A stretch of 64,000 bases of DNA, taken from an uncultured Rickettsiales bacterium. Its GTDB lineage: Bacteria; Myxococcota_A; UBA796; UBA9615; CAYRNR01. The position numbers and the translations under genes were made by a program. The notes beneath the pieces were generated by a model that ran no database searches, had not been told where the DNA came from, and saw nothing but the letters and a program-made list of their open reading frames with translations. Shown piece after piece: positions 1 to 7,633 of the stretch. Within the stretch, counting starts at the first letter, position 1; every line of letters begins with the position of its first letter. Location of the stretch: NCBI GenBank assembly GCA_964425605.1, contig CAYRNR010000028.1:2069-66068 (forward strand). Direction: 5' to 3'.

Positions 1-1240
1 ACCGGGACGCCAGGTCGACGATGGCCTCGGCGTCGGCGGCGGTCTCCCACGGCAGCCCCACCTGCAGATAGAGACGCACGCGGGCGACGCCCGCCTCGCC
101 GCACGCGCGGACCGCCGCGAGGATCTGTTCGTCGCTCAGCGGCTTGTTGATCCGGCGCCGCAGGGCTTCCGCGCCGGCCTCGGGCGCCAGGGTGGCCGTC
201 CGCCCCATCACCGGACGGCCCGTGCGCAGCAGCGCGCGGATATCCGTGGAGCTGGTGGAGACCTCACCCCCGGCCCCCGTGACCTGCTCGGCCAGGGCGC
301 TCAGGTCCGGATGGTCGGCGACGGCCGGCCCCATGAGGCCGATCCTCGGCGTGGCCGCGAGCCCCGCGTCCACGACGGCAGCCAGCGTCTCGAGGGGAAA
401 CGCGCGCGGCGGCCGGCGAGCGAAGCCAGCGGCGCAGAACCGGCAGGCGTGGGGGCACCCCTCCCCCACCGAGACCAGGAACCGTCGCGCGAACTCGGTG
501 TGATCGGTGAGCACCAGGGATCGCGGCGGCGCCTCGACCGCGCCCGCGTCGGTGTGCAGCGGTCCGTCGCCCCCGCCCTCGAACCGGGGCGCGCCCGTCG
601 CCACGCGGAGCGGTCCGGAGGGCGGCTCCACGCCCGGGGCATACCAGCCCGGGATGTCGGCACATACCTCGGCCAGCGCGGCTCGCGTCCCGGCCGGGCC
701 CCTGCGGTCCAGGCTGGCGTCGAGGCGGTCCAGCAACGGCGCCAGCGTGGCCTCGGCAGGTCCCAGCAGGAACCCGTCCACCAGGGGTGCGAGGGGCTCG
801 GGGTTCAGCGTGGGCGCGAACCCGCCCGCGATCACCAGCGGGTGTTCGCGCTGACGACGGGAGGCGCGCAGGGGGATCCGGGCGAGCCGCAGCAACCGGG
901 CGAGGTTGTCGTAGTCCTCCTCGTAGGAGAGCGTCACGAGCCAGAGGTCCACGTCGGACAGGGGAATCCCGAGGTCGAACGTGGAGAGCCCTCGGCGGCG
1001 ATCGTCCTTCGCCGGTCGCCCCTCGGCCGGCGGCACGAAGGCGCGCAGTGGCGTCCAGCGGGGGTGCAAGCCGGTGATCTCCACCAGGCGGTGCAGCCCC
1101 AGGTTGCTCATGCCGAGGTGGTAGGTGTTGGGGTAGACGATGGCCGCGGCCCGGCCCTGGACGCCGTCGGCGAACGGCGGCTCGGACAGCCAGCGCTCGT
1201 CCGCTCTCAGCCGATCGTCGTCGGGTGTCCTGGCGCGCAT
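1..1240 (-). CDS. B12-binding-domain-type radical SAM protein (TIGR03960-like); C-terminus runs off the left edge
   Basis: Not in the ORF track because there is no stop in the window. My translation of the minus strand from ATG 1240-1238 gives MRARTPDDDRLRADERWLSEPPFADGVQGRAAAIVYPNTYHLGMSNLGLH... The radical-SAM CxxxCxxC motif GCPHACRFC is encoded at 433-456. The start overlaps the stop of the upstream gene (TGATG). Confidence 0.75.
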   Translation of the reverse strand, partial: MRARTPDDDRLRADERWLSEPPFADGVQGRAAAIVYPNTYHLGMSNLGLHRLVEITGLHPRWTPLRAFVPPAEGRPAKDDRRRGLSTFDLGIPLSDVDLWLVTLSYEEDYDNLARLLRLARIPLRASRRQREHPLVIAGGFAPTLNPEPLAPLVDGFLLGPAEATLAPLLDRLDASLDRRGPAGTRAALAEVCADIPGWYAPGVEPPSGPLRVATGAPRFEGGGDGPLHTDAGAVEAPPRSLVLTDHTEFARRFLVSVGEGCPHACRFCAAGFARRPPRAFPLETLAAVVDAGLAATPRIGLMGPAVADHPDLSALAEQVTGAGGEVSTSSTDIRALLRTGRPVMGRTATLAPEAGAEALRRRINKPLSDEQILAAVRACGEAGVARVRLYLQVGLPWETAADAEAIVDLASR

Positions 1241-1863
1241 CAGAACAGCCTGTCGAACTCGAGGGCGGCGGCCCAGTCCAGCCCGGGGACCGCGCCCACC
1301 ATGGAGGCCATCCCGATCCGCCCGCGCACGGCCAGGGCGACCTCGGGCCCCAGCCAGGCGACGAGCCCGGTCTGCGCGCGGAGGCGGAGCACGGGGCGGG
1401 GCTCGGCGATGCCAGGTCCGAACTGGAACGAGGGCACCAACCCCACCTCGTAGGTCACGCGCCTCGATCGCCCGAGCCCGACCCCCAGGCTGAGGCCCGA
1501 CTGCCCCTCGCCGCCCAGCCGCGCGCCGGTATCCGGGACCTGGAGCAACGCCCCGCCCCCGAAGTGGAAGAACAGGCTCGTGCGCGAGCGGTGGGCGAAG
1601 GGGCGGCAGAAGGCCATGCCCAGCGCCCACGTCTGGGCCGGGGCGCGGATGTCCAGGGCCCCGTAGACGCTGTTGTTCCAGCCCTGGGCCGTACCCCAGC
1701 TCACCCCCGCGGACTGCACCGGCCACCCGCCGGCCAGGGAGAGGCGGCGCTCCCCCCACTCCAGGGTGGGCGCCGTGCCGAGGTTCAGCGGCACCTCGGC
1801 GCGGGCCGGGGCCGCGGCGGCCGAGGCGGCGATCAACGCCAGCAGGATCAGGACTCGGGGCAT
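1240..1863 (-). CDS. Putative outer-membrane beta-barrel protein
   Basis: Track ORF 1240..1881. The likely start is MPRVLILLALIAASAAAAPARA (signal peptide) at 1863. It has Gly/aromatic-rich alternating strands and a C-terminal ...LEFDRLF (terminal Phe). Confidence 0.55.
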   Translation of the reverse strand: MPRVLILLALIAASAAAAPARAEVPLNLGTAPTLEWGERRLSLAGGWPVQSAGVSWGTAQGWNNSVYGALDIRAPAQTWALGMAFCRPFAHRSRTSLFFHFGGGALLQVPDTGARLGGEGQSGLSLGVGLGRSRRVTYEVGLVPSFQFGPGIAEPRPVLRLRAQTGLVAWLGPEVALAVRGRIGMASMVGAVPGLDWAAALEFDRLF

Positions 1864-1885
1864 GGGACGGTCATAACACAACGGC

Positions 1886-3526
1886 TCACGGGAGCATGAC
1901 CTCGAAAGCGGTCAGGTCGAGCACAGCGCCGTCGTCCCAGCCGAGGACGCCGGTCACGCGGACCGGACCGCTGCACACGTCCAGGGTGCGGCCTCCAGTG
2001 CGCACGAGGATGCGCTCGCCCTTGCGCGGCGCCCGGTAGCAGAACGGGCAGGTGGGCAGCCAGGGGTTGATCGCCACCAGCTGGAAGTCCTCGACGGTGA
2101 ACGGATCGCCCAGGGCGTACATGTACCCCTCGATGGAGCGCTCTGCTCCGTCGGAGAACGCGGGCAGCTCCGGATCGCCCGAGGCGATCTCGGCGAACAG
2201 GGCGACGGACTCGGGGTCCAGCGGCAGCGAGCGGATCTCCTCGTCGTGCTGCGAGAAGGCCCACAGCGCCCACGCGACGACCACCAGCGGGAAAGCCACC
2301 CTGGGCACCCAGGCCAGCGCCTGGCGGGCCGAACCCCCGGCGCCGGGCACCTCGGCCAGCGCCTCGGCCGCCTCCACGCTGTACGCCGCCAGCGCCGGCT
2401 GCAGGCCCGCGGTCCCCAGCAACGTCACCATGGCCGCCAGCGCCGCGGCGACCCCAGGGGTGAGCACGGTCACCTGCGCGTCGAGGCCCAGCTGGCCGCA
2501 CAGCAGCCCCTCGGCCGCCTGCCCCAGGGCAGCCCCCACGACGACGCCGCCCACGGTCCCCGCGATCACCACCGCGGCCACCATGGCCAGGGCGATGCCC
2601 AGGACCTGCGCGCGCCGCGCGCCGAGCACCCGCATCACCGCCACCTCCCGCACCCCGGTCAGGGAGGTGCCGTAGATCGACAGCAGCAGCGCGCCGAAGG
2701 TCAGCAGCACCACGCCGGCCACCAGGGCCTGCAGCAGCCGGCCGCCCCAGGACAGCCGGTCGACGATCCGTCGCAACGTCTGGCCGGTCAGCGCCACCTC
2801 GACGCCCGGGCGGCGGCCCATCTCCTCCTGGAGTTCCAGCAGCGCCTCCTCCGAGATCGGCCGGACGAGCACGGCCGACACGAGCCGTGCGACGTCGTGG
2901 TCGTGCCCCGCGTGCCCCCCGTGGCTCTCGAAAACTGCCTCGGTGGGGCAGTACAACCCGTGATCCGCGTCGGTGCCCGTGGGCGCGAGCACCCCCACCA
3001 CCCGCAACGAGCCGCCCATGTCGTCCCCGCCGGCGTGGGGATGGGTGATGGAGACGTGGTCCCCGAGGCCCACGCCGAGGCCCACGGCGGCCGCGCTCCC
3101 CGCCACCACCTCCATCCCGGACTCGAAGGTGCGACCCCCGGCCAGGGGGTAACGGTCGCGCGGCTGCAGGTACTCGGGCGAGGTGGCCAGCAGCGGGAAT
3201 CCCTGGACCGTGTGCCCACCGAGCAGCGGTACGGCGACCTCGACCCGAGGATCGGTCCGGAGCTCGTCCACCACCCCCGCGGGCAGGCGCGCCGGAGGAT
3301 CCTGGAGCCGCGTCATCGTGCCCAGGACCAGGGGCACCGCCCCCACGTCGCCGCCCACCACCAGCGGGAACTGCGCGGCGGCGGCGCTGAGCGCTTGCCG
3401 GGCGGCGCCCGCGGCAGCCACGGACGCCAGCATCAAGCCGGTACCCACGGCGATCATCGCGGCAGTGATCAGGTACTTGGCGCCCCGCGCCCGCAGCAGC
3501 CGCCACGCCAGGCCGAAGGAGGTCAA
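1886..3526 (-). CDS. FtsX/MacB-type ABC transporter permease fused to a C-terminal DUF3299-like domain
   Basis: Distal 546 codons of track ORF 1886..4510. TTG 3526 overlaps the ATPase stop. Layout: TM1 (YLITAAMIAVGTGLMLASV), a large periplasmic loop with His-rich patches (ITHPHAGGDD, SHGGHAGHDHD), and three FtsX-type TMs. An extra TM and a ~130-aa tail follow (GYMYALGDPFTVEDFQLVAINPWLPTCPFCYRAP). Confidence 0.75.
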   Translation of the reverse strand: MTSFGLAWRLLRARGAKYLITAAMIAVGTGLMLASVAAAGAARQALSAAAAQFPLVVGGDVGAVPLVLGTMTRLQDPPARLPAGVVDELRTDPRVEVAVPLLGGHTVQGFPLLATSPEYLQPRDRYPLAGGRTFESGMEVVAGSAAAVGLGVGLGDHVSITHPHAGGDDMGGSLRVVGVLAPTGTDADHGLYCPTEAVFESHGGHAGHDHDVARLVSAVLVRPISEEALLELQEEMGRRPGVEVALTGQTLRRIVDRLSWGGRLLQALVAGVVLLTFGALLLSIYGTSLTGVREVAVMRVLGARRAQVLGIALAMVAAVVIAGTVGGVVVGAALGQAAEGLLCGQLGLDAQVTVLTPGVAAALAAMVTLLGTAGLQPALAAYSVEAAEALAEVPGAGGSARQALAWVPRVAFPLVVVAWALWAFSQHDEEIRSLPLDPESVALFAEIASGDPELPAFSDGAERSIEGYMYALGDPFTVEDFQLVAINPWLPTCPFCYRAPRKGERILVRTGGRTLDVCSGPVRVTGVLGWDDGAVLDLTAFEVMLP

Positions 3527-4221
3527 GGTGTGTCCTCCTCGGCCACGGCCGCCGGGCTCAGATCCAGGCGCGACACACCGTCCCACGCCCGCTCGGGCTG
3601 GTGGGTGACCATCACCAGGGTTCGCCCCTCCTCCATCACGAGCGCGCGCAGGGACCGCGTCAGGTCGGCGGCGGACGGCCCGTCGAGGCTGGCGAAGGGC
3701 TCGTCGGCGAGCAGCAGCGGAGGATCGTTGGCCAGGGCCCGCGCCAGGGCGAGCTTCTGGCGTTCGCCCCCCGACAGGGTGGCCGGGGCGTGGCGGGCCC
3801 GGTGGCCCAGCCCGAAGCGCTCGAGCAGCTCCGAGGCGCGGCTGCGCTGGCGGGCCGGGGGCACGCCGGCGAACAGCATGGCCGCGTGCAGGTTCTCCTG
3901 GGCCGTGAGGCCGTCGAGGAGGCTCGATCCCTGGAGCAGCACCCCCACGGTCCGCGCGCGGAAGCGGTCCAGCTGCGCCTCGCGGAGCTCGGCCAGGTCC
4001 TGGCCGGCCACCGTCACCGTGCCCGAGTCGGGGCGGAGCAGCCCCGCCAGGAGGTGCAGCAGGGTGGACTTGCCGGCGCCGTTGGGGCCCGTCACCACCA
4101 GGCACGTGCCCCGGTCCACCGTGAGGTCGGGGACGTCCAGGGCCACGAACCGGTCCCGCGTCCCGGGCCGGGCAAAGGTCCGGAGGACGTCGGTCAGCTC
4201 GATCATGGTTTCGGGGGCCAT
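3523..4221 (-). CDS. ABC transporter ATP-binding protein (LolD/MacB-like)
   Basis: Walker A GPNGAGKST, signature LSGGERQK, Walker B LLLADEP. The stop overlaps the permease start. Confidence 0.9.
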   Translation of the reverse strand: MAPETMIELTDVLRTFARPGTRDRFVALDVPDLTVDRGTCLVVTGPNGAGKSTLLHLLAGLLRPDSGTVTVAGQDLAELREAQLDRFRARTVGVLLQGSSLLDGLTAQENLHAAMLFAGVPPARQRSRASELLERFGLGHRARHAPATLSGGERQKLALARALANDPPLLLADEPFASLDGPSAADLTRSLRALVMEEGRTLVMVTHQPERAWDGVSRLDLSPAAVAEEDTP

Positions 4222-4241
4222 GGTGTGTCCGGGCGGGCGCC

Positions 4242-5267
4242 TCAGCGTCGCCGCGCCACCACCCGGTCCACCGGGATGCGGGTCTCCGTGACCTTCTCAC
4301 CCTCGATGGTCCGGCAGCGGATGTCCACGAGCTTGCCGTCGTCGAACTCGTAGACGTTGTAGGTGGGGTGCTCGCCGCCGCCGTCGGGGACGAGGGTCGA
4401 GGTGCCGGCGCAGAGGAAGCCCGGGCCGTGGTAGTTCCAGTGCTGGTGGCCGTGCAGCACCAGGTCCACGCCGGCGGGCAGGCCCAGGTTGCGCAGCACG
4501 AAGTCCGCACCCTTGACCGGCCCCATGTAGATGCGCTTGACCAGGCCGCCGACCCCCTCGGGGGTGGGGCGCACGTGGTGGTGCATCGCCAGCAGCCGGA
4601 TGCCGGCGTCGGGGACGCGCCTTCGCACGCCGGCCAGCTGCTTGGTGCTGACCCGGCCGCGGGCGTTGGACAGCAGCGCCCAGGGGTCCTGGATCAGGCC
4701 GCGCACCGTGGAGTCCACGCCGATCAGGGCGACCCCCTCGCCCAGATCCCGCACGTAGGGGAACGGCTCGAGGCGGGAGTCGAAGGTCTCGTGGAAGTCC
4801 CCGGACGATCCCTCGATGAACGGCACGTCGTGGTTGCCCGGCACGATGTGCAGGTGGTCCCAGTAGGGTCTGAGGAACTCGGCGGCGCCCTCGAACTCGT
4901 TGGTGGACGGAGTCAACGCCACGTCGCCGGTGACCAGCATGTGGTCGAACGACATGGACTGCAGGTCCGCCTCGAGCACCCGCCGCGCCGCCTGGCTGTC
5001 CAGGGCGCGATAGGCGCGGTGGTGGCCCTTGTCGATGAGCTTGCGCACGAGGTACGTGGAGAGCCCGGCCACCATCAGCCCCTGGGCGAGCAGGAACAGC
5101 CTGGGGTTGCGCTGCCGGACCTCGTTGGCCATGCCCAGGGAGCCCGCGCGCATCACGCCGGCCACGCAGGCCGCGGCGATGGCGATCTTCCCCCACTCCT
5201 TGGCGCGCTGGAGCGCCCGGGTGGAGGGGTCGTACACGTGGATGTCCGACAGGTGGACCAGTTTCAT
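4242..5267 (-). CDS. Calcineurin-like metallophosphoesterase with an inserted hydrophobic segment
   Basis: Track ORF 4242..5432. The probable start is MKLVHLSDIHV at 5267. Motifs present: DIH, VTGDVA, VPGNHD, LAMHHH, LHGHQH. Two hydrophobic helices sit between motifs I and II. Confidence 0.7.
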   Translation of the reverse strand: MKLVHLSDIHVYDPSTRALQRAKEWGKIAIAAACVAGVMRAGSLGMANEVRQRNPRLFLLAQGLMVAGLSTYLVRKLIDKGHHRAYRALDSQAARRVLEADLQSMSFDHMLVTGDVALTPSTNEFEGAAEFLRPYWDHLHIVPGNHDVPFIEGSSGDFHETFDSRLEPFPYVRDLGEGVALIGVDSTVRGLIQDPWALLSNARGRVSTKQLAGVRRRVPDAGIRLLAMHHHVRPTPEGVGGLVKRIYMGPVKGADFVLRNLGLPAGVDLVLHGHQHWNYHGPGFLCAGTSTLVPDGGGEHPTYNVYEFDDGKLVDIRCRTIEGEKVTETRIPVDRVVARRR

Positions 5268-5379
5268 CGCGGCTTGCGTCCCGTTCTTCCTTCCGAGAAT
5301 GCCAGGCCAACGTACCACATGCGCAAGCGCCCTCGCGGGCGCCTGCACGACCTTGCCTACGCACGATCCATCAGAGAGA

Positions 5380-5408
5380 TTTCCATCGCGCGCCGACATC
5401 GGTACAAT
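5380..5408 (+). promoter_or_regulatory. Candidate sigma70-type promoter for the OPT transporter gene
   Basis: TTTCCA (5380-5385), 17-bp spacer, TACAAT (5403-5408). GGGAGA lies 8 nt before ATG 5454. By-eye match only. Confidence 0.3.
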
Positions 5409-5453
5409 CCGGCAGCTTCGGGGGAAGACCATACCCAGTTGGGAGACGACGCG

Positions 5454-7580
5454 ATGGAAGCCAAGCCCGGCAAGAGCAAGGTCCTACCGGCCAACGCATT
5501 CAAGGAGCTGGCGCCCGGTGAAACCTACGAACCCGTGGTGTCGCCGCAGGAGACGCCGCCGGAGGTCACGATCCGGTCGGTGCTGCTGGGCGTGGCCATG
5601 GTGGTGATCTTCACGTTCGCCGCGGCCTACATCGGGCTGAAGACCGGCAACGTCATCGAGACGTCCATCCCCATCGCCATCCTCGCGGTGTTCTTCGGCA
5701 ACACGCTGCTGCAGAAGTTCGCGGGGCGGCGCAACCACCTGCTCGAGAACGTGATCATCCAGTCCATCGGCCAGGCCTCGGGCGTGGTCGTGGCCGGGGC
5801 GATCTTCACGATCCCGGCGCTGTACATCCTCGATCTGCAGCCGTCGTTCCTGCACATCTTCATGGCGTGCATGCTCGGCGGGTTCCTCGGCGTGGTCCTG
5901 CTGATCCCGCTTCGGCGCTACTTCTGCAAGGACCTGCACGGCCAGCTGCCGTTCCCCGAGGCCACGGCGATCACCAACGTGCTGGCCGCGGGCGAGAAGG
6001 CCAAGGGCGCGTCCGGCAAGGTGCTGCTCGCCGCGTTCGGCGTGGGCTTCGTGTTCGACCTGATCGTGGAGTTCCTGCACCTGTGGAACCACAAGCTCAA
6101 CACCAAGATCCTGTTCGGCGGCATGGGTGAGCGGCTCTCCGAGGCCCGCTTCGAGCTGAGGCTCAACGCCACGGCGGTGTACTTCGGCCTGGGCTACATC
6201 ATCGGCCCCAAGTACGCCGGCATCATCGCCGCCGGCTCGATCCTGTCCACGCTGGTCATGGTGCCGCTGATCTTCTTCGCCGGCTCCGGACTGGACCAGC
6301 CGTTGACGCCGCCGATGGTGGACATCCTGATGCGCAACATGGAGGCCGCCGAGGTCTGGGGCACCTACATCCGCCCCATCGGCATCGGCTGCATCGCGGT
6401 CGCCGGCTTCATCGGCATCATCAAGATGGGCAAGATCATCCTCTCGTCGCTGTCCCTGGCCTTCAAGGGGCTCACCGGCGGCAAGGACGCGGCGAAGACC
6501 GAGCGCAACGACACGGACATGACCCCGCGCAACACCCTGCTGATCCAGGTCGGTTGCATCGTGGGCATGATCGGCCTGTTCGGCTACATCAGCGGCAGCA
6601 TCGTCACCGCCGTCGTCGGCACCATCATCACCTACATCCTGGCCTTCCTGTTCACCCCGGTGGCCGCGCGCGCCATCGCCATCGTCGGCGTCAACCCCGT
6701 GTCCGGCATGACCATGATCACCCTGATCATCGCCTGCCTGGCCCTGGTAGCCACCGGACTGCGCGGCGACGCCGTGGGCATGACCGTCGCGCTCATCGTC
6801 GGCTGCGCGGTCTGCACCGCCCTGTCCACGTCGGGCGCGTTCGTGTCCGACCTCAAGATCGGGTACTGGCTCGGCTCCAGCCCCAACCAGCAGCAGCGCT
6901 GGAAGTACCTGGGCATCTTCGTGGCGTCGCTGAGCGTCGGCGCGGTCATCTGGGTCCTCGCCACCTCGTACGGTTTCATGATCGAGGACAAGACCGGCGC
7001 CATCATCCCCAACCCGAACCTGCCCGCGCCCCAGGGGCACGTCATGGGCACCATCGTGTCCGGCGTCATGGGCGGCGAGCAGCAGGCCATCTTGCTGTTC
7101 GCCCTCGGCGGTGTGGTCGCCATCCTGCTGGAGATGGCCTCGGTCCCGGCCCTGGCCTTCGGCCTCGGCATGTACCTGCCCATCGAGATCAACATGGCCG
7201 TGTTCGCCGGCGCCGCCGCCGGTCACTTCATCGGAAAGTCCGGCAAGGACGCCGAGGAGCGGGCCGCCCGCCAGGAGCAGGGCACCCTCATCGCGTCGGG
7301 TCTCATGGCCGGCGCCGCCATCGTCGGCACCGTGGGCGCCATCCTGTTGCTCCCCCAGATCGGCTCGCCGATGCAGTACATCGACGTGCACGCCTGGTCG
7401 GAGAAGGCCATCGAGGCGGGCGCCGGCGGCTTCGCCGAGACCTTCCACCACTACTACACCGGCTTCGCCGGCCAGATCGTCTCGGTGGTGGGCTTCCTGA
7501 CGCTGATCACCGTGTGCTACCTGCTGGCCAGCTGGGGCGGCAAGATGCAGATGGCGGAGGAGAAGGAAGCCGAGGAGTGA
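5454..7580 (+). CDS. OPT-family oligopeptide transporter
   Basis: Distal part of track ORF 4368..7580. The start is MEAKPGKSKVLPANAFKEL at ATG 5454. The protein is polytopic with many TM helices and has OPT-like segments (IGLKTGNVIETSIP, KIGYWLGSSP). Confidence 0.8.
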   Translation: MEAKPGKSKVLPANAFKELAPGETYEPVVSPQETPPEVTIRSVLLGVAMVVIFTFAAAYIGLKTGNVIETSIPIAILAVFFGNTLLQKFAGRRNHLLENVIIQSIGQASGVVVAGAIFTIPALYILDLQPSFLHIFMACMLGGFLGVVLLIPLRRYFCKDLHGQLPFPEATAITNVLAAGEKAKGASGKVLLAAFGVGFVFDLIVEFLHLWNHKLNTKILFGGMGERLSEARFELRLNATAVYFGLGYIIGPKYAGIIAAGSILSTLVMVPLIFFAGSGLDQPLTPPMVDILMRNMEAAEVWGTYIRPIGIGCIAVAGFIGIIKMGKIILSSLSLAFKGLTGGKDAAKTERNDTDMTPRNTLLIQVGCIVGMIGLFGYISGSIVTAVVGTIITYILAFLFTPVAARAIAIVGVNPVSGMTMITLIIACLALVATGLRGDAVGMTVALIVGCAVCTALSTSGAFVSDLKIGYWLGSSPNQQQRWKYLGIFVASLSVGAVIWVLATSYGFMIEDKTGAIIPNPNLPAPQGHVMGTIVSGVMGGEQQAILLFALGGVVAILLEMASVPALAFGLGMYLPIEINMAVFAGAAAGHFIGKSGKDAEERAARQEQGTLIASGLMAGAAIVGTVGAILLLPQIGSPMQYIDVHAWSEKAIEAGAGGFAETFHHYYTGFAGQIVSVVGFLTLITVCYLLASWGGKMQMAEEKEAEE

Positions 7581-7633
7581 CGCCCGGCCGATAGCACTGG
7601 TCGGGCCGGGACGTAGACGCTAAAAGAAGAATC

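Noticed and set aside
4368-5453. N-terminal extensions of track ORFs. Examples: 4368..7580, 18589..20622, 1886..4510, 57543..60089, 33559..35940, 30633..32975, 41870..43519, 55543..57186, 60787..61848, 61167..62501.
   Set aside because: The upstream parts read through neighbouring genes in a different frame and look like junk. Internal starts with overlap coupling, RBS-like purine runs or signal peptides give products of the expected length.
7585-7610. GC hairpin (CCGGCCGA...TCGGGCCGG) after the OPT transporter stop, considered as a terminator.
   Set aside because: The stem is imperfect, there is no following U-tract, and the next gene starts 24 nt later. The support is insufficient.
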